A model generated the notes under the pieces. It had not been told where the DNA came from, made no database searches, and saw only the letters and a list, made by a program, of their open reading frames with translations. A program made the translations under genes and the position numbers. A DNA stretch of 64,000 nt from a virus. Of the stretch, positions 8,467-18,936 are shown piece by piece (within the stretch, counting starts at the first letter, position 1; each line of letters begins with the position of its first letter). The DNA lies in the IMG/VR virus record IMGVR_UViG_3300044843_000488, positions 10,308 through 74,307 of that record; one strand, given 5' to 3'.

Positions 8467-9330
8467 TTAGATAAGTTCCACTGTCAATACATCTTTGTTG
8501 CTGCAAAGCTGTCCGGCTTTGGTCGCTTTAAGTTCCAGCTCGTGTCTTCCCGTTCCGTTCAGCCTTACTTGGTCATGCTCGACAGTAAGCTCAACCCCAT
8601 TATCTGTGACCACTAACTCGTCGTACGACCCGTAGGCATTAATTAGTACATCTCCCGTAGCGTTGAAGTGATCTTCCACACGTGAGAAGAACGCTACGCA
8701 ACTGTATTGAGCCTCCAGCGTGGCGCTAAGAAACTCGGGCATGACCGCTACCTTGTGCGCTTCAAACAACCCTTCATCGCGTATTTGAAGATCTTCTCCT
8801 TCAACGTGATAGCCGTGACTAAGATCAGACTCAAAATGCTGCTTTAGCCACTCGTGAAAGGGGTCGTTCAACGCTCTTACTCCGGGAACAATGCCAAGCA
8901 GAGTAAGAGATGGCAACCTCAGATAGAACGGGTTCTGGTTGTCTAACCCAATTGCGTTCAAGTAGGCTACAAACTGATCGACTGCAGCAGTACTAAGTCC
9001 TAGTGCCTCAAGTTGTCCCTTACGAGCTACGGCTACAGCTCTGAGCTCTTTAATTACCTCGTTATTCTCTAGACCTTTCTGTAACCAGAGACTGGCTCGT
9101 TCCTCTTCTGACAGCTCAATTACCCGGTAGCTTTCTAGCTCAGAATCCCACTGCAGTTTCTCTGCCCCAAGCTCGAAAGGAGGTGGAGTGAATGGCCCAG
9201 TCCAGCCAGCTTCCGCAAGCTCTTCAGTGCTGAGCTCACCCTCAGAGAGATAGTGCGTTCTACCCCCGGGGAATTTGATTCTATTAGGCAGCTCGGTAGG
9301 CTCCGCGCCTTGAAATGAGTACAACATCAA
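8467..9330 (-). CDS. Fibre-associated/assembly protein
   Basis: MLYS..G.EP..LP.RI N-terminus, acidic, lies between two fibre-tip paralogs. Confidence 0.5.
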   Translation of the reverse strand: MMLYSFQGAEPTELPNRIKFPGGRTHYLSEGELSTEELAEAGWTGPFTPPPFELGAEKLQWDSELESYRVIELSEEERASLWLQKGLENNEVIKELRAVAVARKGQLEALGLSTAAVDQFVAYLNAIGLDNQNPFYLRLPSLTLLGIVPGVRALNDPFHEWLKQHFESDLSHGYHVEGEDLQIRDEGLFEAHKVAVMPEFLSATLEAQYSCVAFFSRVEDHFNATGDVLINAYGSYDELVVTDNGVELTVEHDQVRLNGTGRHELELKATKAGQLCSNKDVLTVELI

Positions 9331-9331
9331 C

Positions 9332-10603
9332 TTACAACGAGCCTGAACCTAATGTACCAACTTCCCTGTAATAAATACGAAGCGTACCGGACGTTGTGGT
9401 GTCGCTTACGCTGTAATAGCTGCTAAAGCAGTTTTCCTGATACCACAATGAAGGAGATACATACCAATACTTTCTTGTGTTTCCGCAGTGATCTCCGCAC
9501 CCAGCGCTTGTACCTGGATCTGAATGATACCCCCTCCAAAATGCGAAATAACCGCTGTTCCAGCTATTACTGCCCGATACCCCATGAACAACATTGGTTG
9601 AACTTGAACAGCTGCTGTTAGTGCTGTTGTTGTAGCCCTGCCAATAACCATTGTTGCTATTGGCAAACCAGCCAAAGTCGAAATGTGAAGATGAAACCCC
9701 GGAAATGTGTGAAACGTTTCTATTGCCGGCGCCAGGGTCGCCTTCCATCAAGCCGCGAAAGCGATACTTAATATTGCCTGCTGTTTGCTCAATTAAATAG
9801 TCAAGCCTTCCTCCACTGCTGTGGCTATCAGCTCGGCTTTTCCTATGAGTGGCTGCGCTGTAGTGCGACGTGTCAGTATTAAATGAGGCTAGGTTGTAAT
9901 CAGCGATTGTCTGACTTGGCATGTTATTTCTCCATGCCCCAGGCATGTTGTACCACCGGGTCCAGCCACCGCCGTCAGTACTCATGTCACAGTACAGCTG
10001 CCTAGCGTTTGTACCGTCTACGTTTTTGATCCAGTAGTTGCCACTCGTGGTCGTTCCCGTGACCTGCTGAATAGCCTTGGCAGAAGTTGCAGCGCTACCA
10101 GCTGCGCCTCCATAGGCAGCCGTTGTGCAGGCGACCGTAAACCCTGTGAGGTTAGGGAACCCGTCTGTGCTTTTGACAGCCTGCGCAGGGACGGTCAGCG
10201 TAAGTGCGGTACCAGCTGACAGGGAGCTTGTTGCAGTTCCCAGGACAGTCAACGTCAGAGAATTGTTTGAGATTGACCAGTTGGTACCTGACGTGGCTCC
10301 ATTGGTCATCACCCAGGACGCAATCAGACTGCTATCGCTATCCCGTCGCAGTGTGATCGTCGTTCCGGCATTGCCTACGACATTTGCTGACCATGTCAGG
10401 GCAAAAAGAACTGTATCGCGACCGCCAGTCAGCGACATCGTGCCCGAGCTATACGTTGACGTCAGCTCCGCAGTTCCCGCCCAGTTACCAGATCTTTTTC
10501 TCTCTTCTCGGTACCTAGCACTATGCACGCCAGGTGTGGCCGAGGCATTCTGAGTGGGAGCGGCGCCTACGTACCCACCCGAACTATCGTGTTTTTCTGC
10601 CAT
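9332..10603 (-). CDS. Receptor-binding-like protein, Ig-like plus fibrinogen-like domain (copy 1)
   Basis: SGNYWI..LYCDMSTDGGGWT; shares CGDHCGN and RGYHSDPGTS with 7227..8465. Confidence 0.75.
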   Translation of the reverse strand: MAEKHDSSGGYVGAAPTQNASATPGVHSARYREERKRSGNWAGTAELTSTYSSGTMSLTGGRDTVLFALTWSANVVGNAGTTITLRRDSDSSLIASWVMTNGATSGTNWSISNNSLTLTVLGTATSSLSAGTALTLTVPAQAVKSTDGFPNLTGFTVACTTAAYGGAAGSAATSAKAIQQVTGTTTSGNYWIKNVDGTNARQLYCDMSTDGGGWTRWYNMPGAWRNNMPSQTIADYNLASFNTDTSHYSAATHRKSRADSHSSGGRLDYLIEQTAGNIKYRFRGLMEGDPGAGNRNVSHISGVSSSHFDFGWFANSNNGYWQGYNNSTNSSCSSSTNVVHGVSGSNSWNSGYFAFWRGYHSDPGTSAGCGDHCGNTRKYWYVSPSLWYQENCFSSYYSVSDTTTSGTLRIYYREVGTLGSGSL

Positions 10604-10613
10604 GTTTCACCTA

Positions 10614-10952
10614 TCAGGTGATATCCAAGTAAGAGACCACAAAGTCGAGAAAACCGCTTGCGTTATTAGAGATGGCTCGCAGCTTATCTCCAGTGGTCAG
10701 CACGAGCTTTGACGAGACCAGTTCCAGGGCGGAGTCTGCCGGGATCGGAATCGTGTGAGCAAGCTCGGCCAGCGAGGTGTTCGAGCTGTTCGTAATTTTC
10801 AGCGTACAGTCGACAGAACTTGTCGTGTCAATGGTGTTACAGGCCAACACCGACAGCACAATTCGGGTCGTAGCCGCTGGTACAGCCGCCAAGACATCAG
10901 TCTCGGTGGTGTTGCTCAGCCTGGCCTTAGCGTTTGCGAAAGTTTCAGCCAT
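10614..10952 (-). CDS. Small fibre adaptor-like structural protein
   Basis: MAETFANA..VPAATTRIVLS..KLVL..GDKL..SYLDIT pattern; follows a fibre gene ending in ALG. Confidence 0.6.
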   Translation of the reverse strand: MAETFANAKARLSNTTETDVLAAVPAATTRIVLSVLACNTIDTTSSVDCTLKITNSSNTSLAELAHTIPIPADSALELVSSKLVLTTGDKLRAISNNASGFLDFVVSYLDIT

Positions 10953-11000
10953 ATCGGCCTGTTTTGAACTACAAGAAGTCTCTCAGTTAATTATACCGAC

Positions 11001-12869
11001 TTAGCCCAGAGCCATTAGGAGGCCAACAGAGACCGATGCGGCCTGCGTAGATGCACTAATAGTCACATCTACCTCTTCATTTGCTGCATCGTCGGCAACA
11101 GCGATGGTTACGTTGGTGCCAGGAATGAACCGAATCGCTCTCCGGGTACCAGTGGCTCCACTGTCGGTGTTGAACCGGACAGCTACCCGAGCATTGGTGT
11201 CGGCAGTGCTGGGCAGTGACAGACGAGCTGAATTGATTGTGGCGGACGTCGCCGCATTCACCAAGGCAACAAGCTGATCAGCGCTCAGATCAGAAACATT
11301 GCCTGTACCAGCCCCGGCTGCGCGGCCTTTCAGCGTGGCTTCACTAACCTGCTCAAGTTTGTCGTTGCTAATTGAATTAGTACCGATTACAGAGGTCCCG
11401 AAGACACTAAACGTTATGTCCGAGGCATCAATGGTAATGTTTCGCGTAGTTTGTACATACGCTTTGCCAGCACTGACGGAGCCAGCCTCCACAAACGTAA
11501 AGGTGCCAGCGCCAACCTCGGCACTCTGGTTAAAGTCCTCAGCTCTGGTCAGTACAAAGGGGGCTGAAGCGCTGCCTATAGTCGTTACGGTGTAAATACC
11601 GTTTTGCGATTTAGTCGTCTGATCTTTGATCAGTACTCGGTTGTGTACAGAAAGGGAGACTCCATCCAACGTGAGGGCACCGTTGGAGTTGCCGGTCAGA
11701 GTTTGACCGCTTCCGTTGTAGGTGGCTGCCAAGTTTGCTGTGGAGGCAGCTACACAGGAATCTTTGATATCCAGACCTGTCGTCTGCGCGTCGACGTAAG
11801 CTTTGGTCGCTACGTCGTTCGAGCTGACAGGGGTGCCCGCGTTGCTAAGCCGGGCGCCATTCAGGTTGCGTGTACCACTGATGCCGTCAAGAATATTATT
11901 TGGGTTAGCACCCAGCGCAATGTCTGATCCGTCAGTAGCAACGGTGATGTAGTTGGTACTCGTTGCTTTGATACCCCGAAGCTCGGCTCGATACGAGCCC
12001 GAAACCAGGGTGGCAGACTGAAAAACAAGGTTTTCACCAGCTGCACCAACACCTGCGATGTTATTCAGACCTGCCAAGGCCCGCAGAGCCGCGTCAGCAG
12101 TATTTGCGCCTGTACCACCCTGACTGACCGACAGGGGTGTAGTCAGACCGCTCAGACTGGTGATGTCGCTATTGGCTCCACTTTTGGCCGCACCCAGGTT
12201 GTTCCGCGCCGTCGATGAGGTGCTGGCCCCAGTACCCCCCACTGATACGCCCAATGGGGTGGTGGTGTTCAGGTCATTAATGTTGATGTTTCCCGGATCA
12301 ACATCCAGCGTGATTGCTTGGTTGGAATCCGAATAACTTGCCGTGAGTTTCGAACTACCCAGCTTTAGGGGGCGAAGTTCGAGTGTTTTGGTTCCGTCTG
12401 TCTCCGTCGTAACAGAAGACAAGAATTCGTATCTCGTACCTGTGACGGTATTGTTTTCTGCGTTTACAACACCTGTGTTGGCAACTGTAATATCAACACG
12501 ATTGTTGGTCGTATTATCTGCAACAGTTACGTTGACACCAACACCGTCAATGAAATTGGCTTCTTGACGAGTTCCCTTAAGCGCTCCCCCTTCCGAATAC
12601 CTAGCCCGTTGTGTGGAGGTGTCGTTTACGACGTGTGCGCTTAACGTGCCTGCAACATCGTCGTAGGTAACGGTTACCGTGCTAGGGGTAGCAGGGTCAT
12701 TAATAAACTGTGAGCCAACAATGTCCTGAATTGCTTCTTGGACATTGCCCCACGTAATTTTCTTCGCTTCTGTACTGGTCGCACTGATCCTGTCAATAAT
12801 CAGCAGAAGATCGTCAGCTGCCGGCGTGGTTAGCGCAGCAAGATCAGTAATGTTCCTGGTTGTGGGCAT
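11001..12869 (-). CDS. Long fibre protein
   Basis: DVATKAYVD..GLDIK.S, RVLIKDQ..QNGIY, V..GGTGA repeats, ANSDITSLSGL; C-terminal LLMALG. Confidence 0.8.
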   Translation of the reverse strand: MPTTRNITDLAALTTPAADDLLLIIDRISATSTEAKKITWGNVQEAIQDIVGSQFINDPATPSTVTVTYDDVAGTLSAHVVNDTSTQRARYSEGGALKGTRQEANFIDGVGVNVTVADNTTNNRVDITVANTGVVNAENNTVTGTRYEFLSSVTTETDGTKTLELRPLKLGSSKLTASYSDSNQAITLDVDPGNININDLNTTTPLGVSVGGTGASTSSTARNNLGAAKSGANSDITSLSGLTTPLSVSQGGTGANTADAALRALAGLNNIAGVGAAGENLVFQSATLVSGSYRAELRGIKATSTNYITVATDGSDIALGANPNNILDGISGTRNLNGARLSNAGTPVSSNDVATKAYVDAQTTGLDIKDSCVAASTANLAATYNGSGQTLTGNSNGALTLDGVSLSVHNRVLIKDQTTKSQNGIYTVTTIGSASAPFVLTRAEDFNQSAEVGAGTFTFVEAGSVSAGKAYVQTTRNITIDASDITFSVFGTSVIGTNSISNDKLEQVSEATLKGRAAGAGTGNVSDLSADQLVALVNAATSATINSARLSLPSTADTNARVAVRFNTDSGATGTRRAIRFIPGTNVTIAVADDAANEEVDVTISASTQAASVSVGLLMALG

Positions 12870-13681
12870 TAGGTGGCACCTCTTACCTTGACTTCCTTAA
12901 CTAAGGGCGCCGTACTTGAGGCGGATTGTTCGCGACACCAGTAGAACAGGCGCAGGGGGCTTTGTTGATTCGTATTTGTAAATACGGCTATGGTATTGGC
13001 CCCTTTTCTCAGGGAGACAGCACCGGTAGCCCCGCTCCTGGTGAGAGTAAAGATCTCATCGGAGGCTACAGTAATTGTACCCGAGCCTGCTGCCTGAATA
13101 TCGATCTCAGTGCCTGCAATTGCATCGGCATAACTTACAGCAACTTTAATGCTGTTAGTGCTGCTGTTTATGGCGTAGTATGCGGTATCCGTCGCCAGTC
13201 CGCCCGGCAAGCTGCCTGTAGAGGAGACAATAATGCGATCACCCGTTACAAAAGGATGATCATTCATTGCTAGTGTGTTTCCTGTGATGTCTACAGAACT
13301 TACGTTCTGTGCCCTTGCAATCGTTGTGTACTGCGTGCCCTGAATATTTACGCCTACTTTGGCTGGCGCGGTTGTGGATCTCCCAAACCCTACGGCAAAC
13401 CTGTTGCCACTAGACGCAGAAATCTGGCTTTCTGTCCAGCTCGATAGGGTATTCAACTCGGCATCGGTCGCAAATCCAATAGCAAGGTTTGACGTGCCTG
13501 CTGCCACGGTGTCAGCCAGCAACGTTGGGTTGACTTTGAACGACACCACAGCATCGGTAGGAGAATCCGCAGGATTCAAGAAGATCTGCGTACTCATGGC
13601 AAAGCTAAACGGCCGGTCCTCTAGATCCGTGGGCCTACCTGTGCTGGAGGTATTAATGAGTTGAGAGCCTACGACTGGCAT
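12869..13681 (-). CDS. Virion structural protein
   Basis: HPFVTGD..LPGGL..YYAI..IKVA.SYADA beta-barrel motif; translationally coupled in the tail operon. Confidence 0.6.
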   Translation of the reverse strand: MPVVGSQLINTSSTGRPTDLEDRPFSFAMSTQIFLNPADSPTDAVVSFKVNPTLLADTVAAGTSNLAIGFATDAELNTLSSWTESQISASSGNRFAVGFGRSTTAPAKVGVNIQGTQYTTIARAQNVSSVDITGNTLAMNDHPFVTGDRIIVSSTGSLPGGLATDTAYYAINSSTNSIKVAVSYADAIAGTEIDIQAAGSGTITVASDEIFTLTRSGATGAVSLRKGANTIAVFTNTNQQSPLRLFYWCREQSASSTAPLVKEVKVRGAT

Positions 13682-15828
13682 TAGACAACACCATGAGTAA
13701 TGTATAGATCCACAGTGGGAACCGAAAGCGGTGTAAAGGTGTTATCCGTCGTTGCGTTGACAGGATTCATCCACTGTGCATTTTCGTCCACAGACGGTTG
13801 AGGACGCTCGGGTAATGCCATAAATGGCTTAGCCACAAACACCAATTCCGTGTTGTAGATAGGTGTAAGCTGCGTGGCTACGGCGCCCGATAGATCGGCT
13901 TCGTAGTGAGCCACAAGCGTGTCTCCGGCAAGAATCCCTGCGGTAACAGCTGTTGTATTTACTTTAGCCGCTTTCAGAGTGAACGTCGTCGATGAGGTGA
14001 TTGCCAGAACATAGTAGTTTGTACTACCTAGCGACACCCGTTGATTGGGATATAGCCTTAGTGGAAACGCTCTTGAAACGCTGATTTCCCCGGTAACGCT
14101 GTTAAATGCACGGACTTCAATGCTGGTCGTACGGATCGGAAAGTCCGGCGGGCTATCAAACTCAGAGGTTATCGTTTCCCTCTGCCCACTAAATATTTCT
14201 TCCAGGTTCAGCGACAGTCCTTTTGCATCAACCATGTAACTGCCGATCTTGCGGCCTCCCACCACTAAACGATGGTCATTCAGTGAAAGATCCAGGGTTA
14301 CGGTACGCCCCGTGTAAGTTGTAGTGACTGCCAACGTGTTGTTGACTGGAGTCGCGTCGCTTAGTGCTATCTCAGTTCCAGCACTGTCGTACGAGGTGAG
14401 GACCTCGGGGACCATATTAAATGGAGACACGTAGTCTCCATCTCGATACGGCAGCTGCCCGTTAATGTGGCCAGTATTTTCAGGCTTGACCATTATCGGG
14501 TCTTTCCAGATCTCCAGTTCCACTAGGGCGCTGGCTGTTGCACTCAACTTGAGTGGTTTAGTTACCAGCAAATTCTCCACCAATGCGTTGTCGTTATTGG
14601 TGAGAAAAGGTCTGGAGCGCAGTGTTAAAAGCGCTCTGCCTGCTCCGTGAGTCGTGCCTCCAATCGCGGGATCGGCAGGAATACCATTGACGGCGTCTAC
14701 CGTGGCAACCTTGGCCTTGTTCTCGTCACCACCGTCGACAATGACAGATGCGCCATAGCGCTCTATAAACTCGGAACGCGCCAGGTTGCCACTGTTGGCA
14801 ATCTCCACCCACACAGGCAGTCCAGGTCTGCGAAGTGAGGGCGCGTCATAGGTGCGCAATCCTCCAGCACCATCGCTTTCCTTCAAATCATTTCTCTTGG
14901 CTCTGTCTGAAAGAATCAGCTCGTGCGCCAGAATCCACCTTGCACGTGGAATCTGTGTGATTGATGTCGGGAGGTCTTTATTGTTATCAACTAGGTAGAA
15001 GTAAATTCTGACGTTGCTTGCTCCGTACCACCCCCACTCAATGAGGGTCATAAACGTCTTGGTCAGATCAAGCTTCTGCCCAGATTTTCCGCTGCCATCA
15101 ACTTTGTCTCCGGTCCACTGTGACCTGGGAATCCGTGTTTCATATCTTAAGCCGCTTCCGCTGCTTGTTCGGTAAAGGATCTGCAGTCTGTCTCCTTCAC
15201 CATCTCCTTTGGCCTCAACAAAGAAACCGTCGTTGGGGTCACCTACTCCCCATAGGCGCGTCACACTGATCGGCGTGTCGTCCAGCGACATCCTACAGGC
15301 CAGGCTGACACGAACAATTCTCCCCGGCTGGTAACGATATCTTTTCTTTGTGCAGACCCTGGCTCGTTGAAAACCTCCGTTTGCACTGTTGAGAATTAAC
15401 TGAGCTGAGCTTGCACTAGGGTTGTATTTCACCTCCCCATACGGGGCCGGAAAGTAAATGGGCTTCGCTTTGGCTATCTGCATCCAACGAGCCGACTCAG
15501 TGCTGTCGACGTCTGGGCGCTCGTCAATTCCAGTGACGTCGTAGATCCAATCAGCCTCCGTCAGCTCATAGGCATCGTTCTGAGTAAGGAAGTTGTAAGG
15601 AGTTGTCGCTCTGGGGAAGCCCAGTAAGTCCCTGTCAACCTGTGTAGGTGCCCTGTAATTGTCAATAATCGGGAGTGTATAGCCATTCCTTGGCATAACC
15701 ACTGGAAGGCTCTTTTCCTTTAGCGCTTGGCCACTAGGAAACTCCGAGGCGGCCTGTACTTCCTCCCCATTCCTGGAAATCGACTTTTGCCCGATATCTT
15801 CCGGGAGTTGGTAGGCTTTATCCGCCAT
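13681..15828 (-). CDS. Large virion structural protein (paralog A)
   Basis: RDLLGFPR, RYQPGR, IEWGWYGA motifs shared with the upstream gene. Confidence 0.65.
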   Translation of the reverse strand: MADKAYQLPEDIGQKSISRNGEEVQAASEFPSGQALKEKSLPVVMPRNGYTLPIIDNYRAPTQVDRDLLGFPRATTPYNFLTQNDAYELTEADWIYDVTGIDERPDVDSTESARWMQIAKAKPIYFPAPYGEVKYNPSASSAQLILNSANGGFQRARVCTKKRYRYQPGRIVRVSLACRMSLDDTPISVTRLWGVGDPNDGFFVEAKGDGEGDRLQILYRTSSGSGLRYETRIPRSQWTGDKVDGSGKSGQKLDLTKTFMTLIEWGWYGASNVRIYFYLVDNNKDLPTSITQIPRARWILAHELILSDRAKRNDLKESDGAGGLRTYDAPSLRRPGLPVWVEIANSGNLARSEFIERYGASVIVDGGDENKAKVATVDAVNGIPADPAIGGTTHGAGRALLTLRSRPFLTNNDNALVENLLVTKPLKLSATASALVELEIWKDPIMVKPENTGHINGQLPYRDGDYVSPFNMVPEVLTSYDSAGTEIALSDATPVNNTLAVTTTYTGRTVTLDLSLNDHRLVVGGRKIGSYMVDAKGLSLNLEEIFSGQRETITSEFDSPPDFPIRTTSIEVRAFNSVTGEISVSRAFPLRLYPNQRVSLGSTNYYVLAITSSTTFTLKAAKVNTTAVTAGILAGDTLVAHYEADLSGAVATQLTPIYNTELVFVAKPFMALPERPQPSVDENAQWMNPVNATTDNTFTPLSVPTVDLYITHGVV

Positions 15829-17444
15829 TAGCGCTGACCCCAGGTAATGCTGGCTTTACAGGAGTTAGACAGATTGTCGACGGATTTAGCAGCAATAATA
15901 AGTACATCCCCGGCTGTCCCGGATGCTGCGGTGGCTTCCCGAGTCAGATACTGACGGGCAAAGGCAAAAATTTCGGTGAGGTCGACCGTATCTGCTGACC
16001 CGTCGCCTGTAAAGAAACTAGCTAGTTGTTCGCCTCCCGTAAACGAAGTAATTGCGTTCGTAGCGCTTTCGGGGGAGTTGAACTCGATTGCTGAGAGGGT
16101 GCCAGTACTCGTAAACGCGGTTACCGGAGTCGAGGAGGCATCGCTCATCGTGGCCGGATTCTTAAACAGGGCAAACTGAGCTCTGGCTTCACTGCACATC
16201 GACAGCACCAGAGGGAACACCCTCATCAGGTTTCTTTTCGTCTGACCCTGATTATTGGTGATATTCTCTTTAATTCTCAGTGCGAGAAGTGGCTTGTACG
16301 AGGTCGTCCCGATGCTCGCCACTTTTGGACTATCCTTGCTGAAAATTGCAAGCTTGCTATAGTCGCCGCCATCAATGGAGATCTGGGCTCCGTACTTGCG
16401 AATGTAGGAATTTGCCGACAGTGCACCAGTCTTCTCAATGCGGAACTGCATCGGAAGCGTTGGGTTCCCCAGCGACGGGTATGGGATTCTGTCTGAGCAG
16501 TTCAGATTGTGCGCAATGACCCAGCGGGAGGCTTTTACTGTTTCACCGCTAGGCAGGTTGGCATCGACAGGCACGTAAAACAACAGCCTTGACCCGGTAC
16601 CGCCATACCAGCCGTATTCAATACGGCACATCACCAGATTGGTCAGGCTGAGCTGGTGAGCCGATTTGGTATCAGCGGCACCCAGAATGGTCGTATTTGC
16701 ACCGACCATCGTGTCGCCATTCCAAAAACGGCGCGGAACAATCTCTTCCATCACAGTGGGAGAGGTCGACACGAGTTGATAAACGGTGCCTCTATCAGTA
16801 CGGCTCGGTTGAGCGGTCATTACAGCCGCATCAACGGTAAAGGTGGTTGGGTCAGTACCTTGAGCCGTGTAGCCCTTCAGGTGGTCTTGTGGCCGCTCAC
16901 CCGAGCTGGTCCGGCGCACGTAGTAGAGCTCGTCACCGACGATCCTCAGGAAATAGCCGTCCGTGCTGTCGAACATGCCAAACTCAATCTTGGCATTCGC
17001 GTCACGGCTCATGGCGACGCCAAAGGACGCCGAAGTAATGCGGCCGGTTTGGTACGGGAAGGCTTGCTTGGTGATCAAGCTAGCCAGCGCCCCATTCGAA
17101 GCGGACGGGGTAACAAGCACTTCTGCTGCAGACTGCTGCAGAAGGTGATTGACCTGCGTTACCCGGCTTCCAGAGGCCGTTTGTTCATTCTTAGCCCAGA
17201 TATTGGTGTCAATATCGAGCAGGTTAGTATCATCAAAAATTGCCAGGGGCGTTTGCACCCTTGGGATCCCCAGCAAGTCATCCCTGACTTGTGAAGGTGC
17301 AGACAAGTTGTCGAGGATTGGGATCGGACTCTGATCCGATGCCACCACCACAGGGAGGGAATTAGCCGAGGTCGCCTGACCAGCCGGAATAGGCGTTGTG
17401 CGACCTACTGTAATTACACTTACGCCTTCTTCAACGTCGGGCAT
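15828..17444 (-). CDS. Large virion structural protein (paralog B)
   Basis: DLLGIPR, YQTGR, IEYGWYGG. Confidence 0.65.
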   Translation of the reverse strand: MPDVEEGVSVITVGRTTPIPAGQATSANSLPVVVASDQSPIPILDNLSAPSQVRDDLLGIPRVQTPLAIFDDTNLLDIDTNIWAKNEQTASGSRVTQVNHLLQQSAAEVLVTPSASNGALASLITKQAFPYQTGRITSASFGVAMSRDANAKIEFGMFDSTDGYFLRIVGDELYYVRRTSSGERPQDHLKGYTAQGTDPTTFTVDAAVMTAQPSRTDRGTVYQLVSTSPTVMEEIVPRRFWNGDTMVGANTTILGAADTKSAHQLSLTNLVMCRIEYGWYGGTGSRLLFYVPVDANLPSGETVKASRWVIAHNLNCSDRIPYPSLGNPTLPMQFRIEKTGALSANSYIRKYGAQISIDGGDYSKLAIFSKDSPKVASIGTTSYKPLLALRIKENITNNQGQTKRNLMRVFPLVLSMCSEARAQFALFKNPATMSDASSTPVTAFTSTGTLSAIEFNSPESATNAITSFTGGEQLASFFTGDGSADTVDLTEIFAFARQYLTREATAASGTAGDVLIIAAKSVDNLSNSCKASITWGQR

Positions 17445-17455
17445 TGAAACAAACC

Positions 17456-18181
17456 TCAGCTAACTGAATCTCTTGAGATACGCGGAATCACTTCCAATGT
17501 GCCTATGGCCAGCGTATCTTCCTTATACACAGATATTGTACCCGAGCTCGCACTAACACTGAATGCGGGCGCACCTGCGGATGTGGGTACTAATTCAAAT
17601 ACTGTTGGACTAATAATCTGAAGTGTATTTGCTGAGAAATTAACCCCGTCGTAAACCGTCTGCCCAGTTCCAGATATTAGGACCTGATCTTTTTCGGTCA
17701 AGCCGTGGTTGGTCGTAGTCGTAATTCTGACTCTGTTGCTAGTTACACCAGAGCTGCTTGTAAATGCTGTGCCAGCGGCTATCCCACTGATCTGAGCCTG
17801 AGTTTCAGCGAAATACTCTCGAAGATCCCATAGGTAAACACCTTGAGGTTCGTCGGAGGGGTCTACGCCAAAGGAAACACCCGATTGTGTCAGACCTCGT
17901 TCTTCGTAGCCCAGGGGTACGTTTCTTCCTAGAGCTTCTGTTTGCCTGCTTGTTAGTTTCAGTGCAACAAGACCCTCCGTGGGCTTCAGCCGAACTACCC
18001 CGAACGAGTCCACCGTTGACGATGGGGCCGTCGTGGTGTTGTTGAAGTATCTACGGATGTCTGCAACTAAGACCGAGTTGGTGTAGTTGTAGGGCTTACC
18101 CCAGGGCTTTTCGACTCGGAGGTACAGTTCATCAAAACTGTCCCCTTCGCGTACAGTGACTGTTATTGGGCTCAGTGCCAT
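17456..18181 (-). CDS. Virion structural protein
   Basis: Long ORF in the tail operon; TVREGDSF N-terminus and TTTNHGL insert. Confidence 0.55.
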   Translation of the reverse strand: MALSPITVTVREGDSFDELYLRVEKPWGKPYNYTNSVLVADIRRYFNNTTTAPSSTVDSFGVVRLKPTEGLVALKLTSRQTEALGRNVPLGYEERGLTQSGVSFGVDPSDEPQGVYLWDLREYFAETQAQISGIAAGTAFTSSSGVTSNRVRITTTTNHGLTEKDQVLISGTGQTVYDGVNFSANTLQIISPTVFELVPTSAGAPAFSVSASSGTISVYKEDTLAIGTLEVIPRISRDSVS

Positions 18182-18183
18182 AT

Positions 18184-18936
18184 CTACTTAGCTGCAAGCT
18201 GGTTAATTAGGCGCTGATGGGGCGTCAACTGACCCTCTCCCACTGCCGGACTTGTAGGAGCCGTAGGCGCTCTATCTAACTTTAACTGATATAGTTCGAC
18301 CACGGATTTGTAGTACTCACTGTTTAACTGCTGTAGCTCTTTGTTCTGGGCCTCTAGGTTTCTGATGCGTTCCAGAAGTGCCTGATCAGCGACGGGGACA
18401 TATTCTTTTATCGTCTTGGTGAGTGGCTTCTTTGTCTCTCTTAGGGCCTCAAGCTCAGTATCTTTTAGCTGCATAGCCCTTTCGTGAGCCTGCTCTAGGC
18501 GGGTAACTTTTGCTTCAAGTTCCTCTTTATCTTCCTCCATAGCTTCCACACTGTCCTTAAACTTCTGGATTTCAGCCAGCAGCACGCTCACTTCCTCTGC
18601 CAGTCGCATCGCTTGCAGCTTGCAGAAAGTATCTGCTTGCTCGGTTTCCGCTCCCTCATTCCGCTGGTTATCGTCCTTTGGTGATAGGTCTAGTTCCTCT
18701 TGGTTGGGTATGCGCCACTTTAAGGTGTAGACCGTATCTCGGATATCTCCTTCTTCCTTATATCCGACCTCGTAGTAGATGCCAGGTGGAGTCGCTGTCA
18801 ACTCAATATCGATTGCGCCATTCTTGACTGGATAATGACGTTCGTATTTGTCAGCACCAAAAAATGGTTTTGACGGTTTGATTGCGACTACACCGTTTCT
18901 GTCATCCTCAAACAATCGGCCCAACACCCGTGTCAT
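18184..18936 (-). CDS. Coiled-coil protein
   Basis: Start placed at the TGATG overlap (MTRVLG); long heptad-rich C-terminal half. Confidence 0.6.
   Translation of the reverse strand: MTRVLGRLFEDDRNGVVAIKPSKPFFGADKYERHYPVKNGAIDIELTATPPGIYYEVGYKEEGDIRDTVYTLKWRIPNQEELDLSPKDDNQRNEGAETEQADTFCKLQAMRLAEEVSVLLAEIQKFKDSVEAMEEDKEELEAKVTRLEQAHERAMQLKDTELEALRETKKPLTKTIKEYVPVADQALLERIRNLEAQNKELQQLNSEYYKSVVELYQLKLDRAPTAPTSPAVGEGQLTPHQRLINQLAAK

Noticed and set aside
7227-10603. Diversity-generating retroelement (TR/VR pair) behind the paralogous tips
   Set aside because: Both copies are full ORFs, differences are not adenine-restricted, and no reverse transcriptase is present in the window
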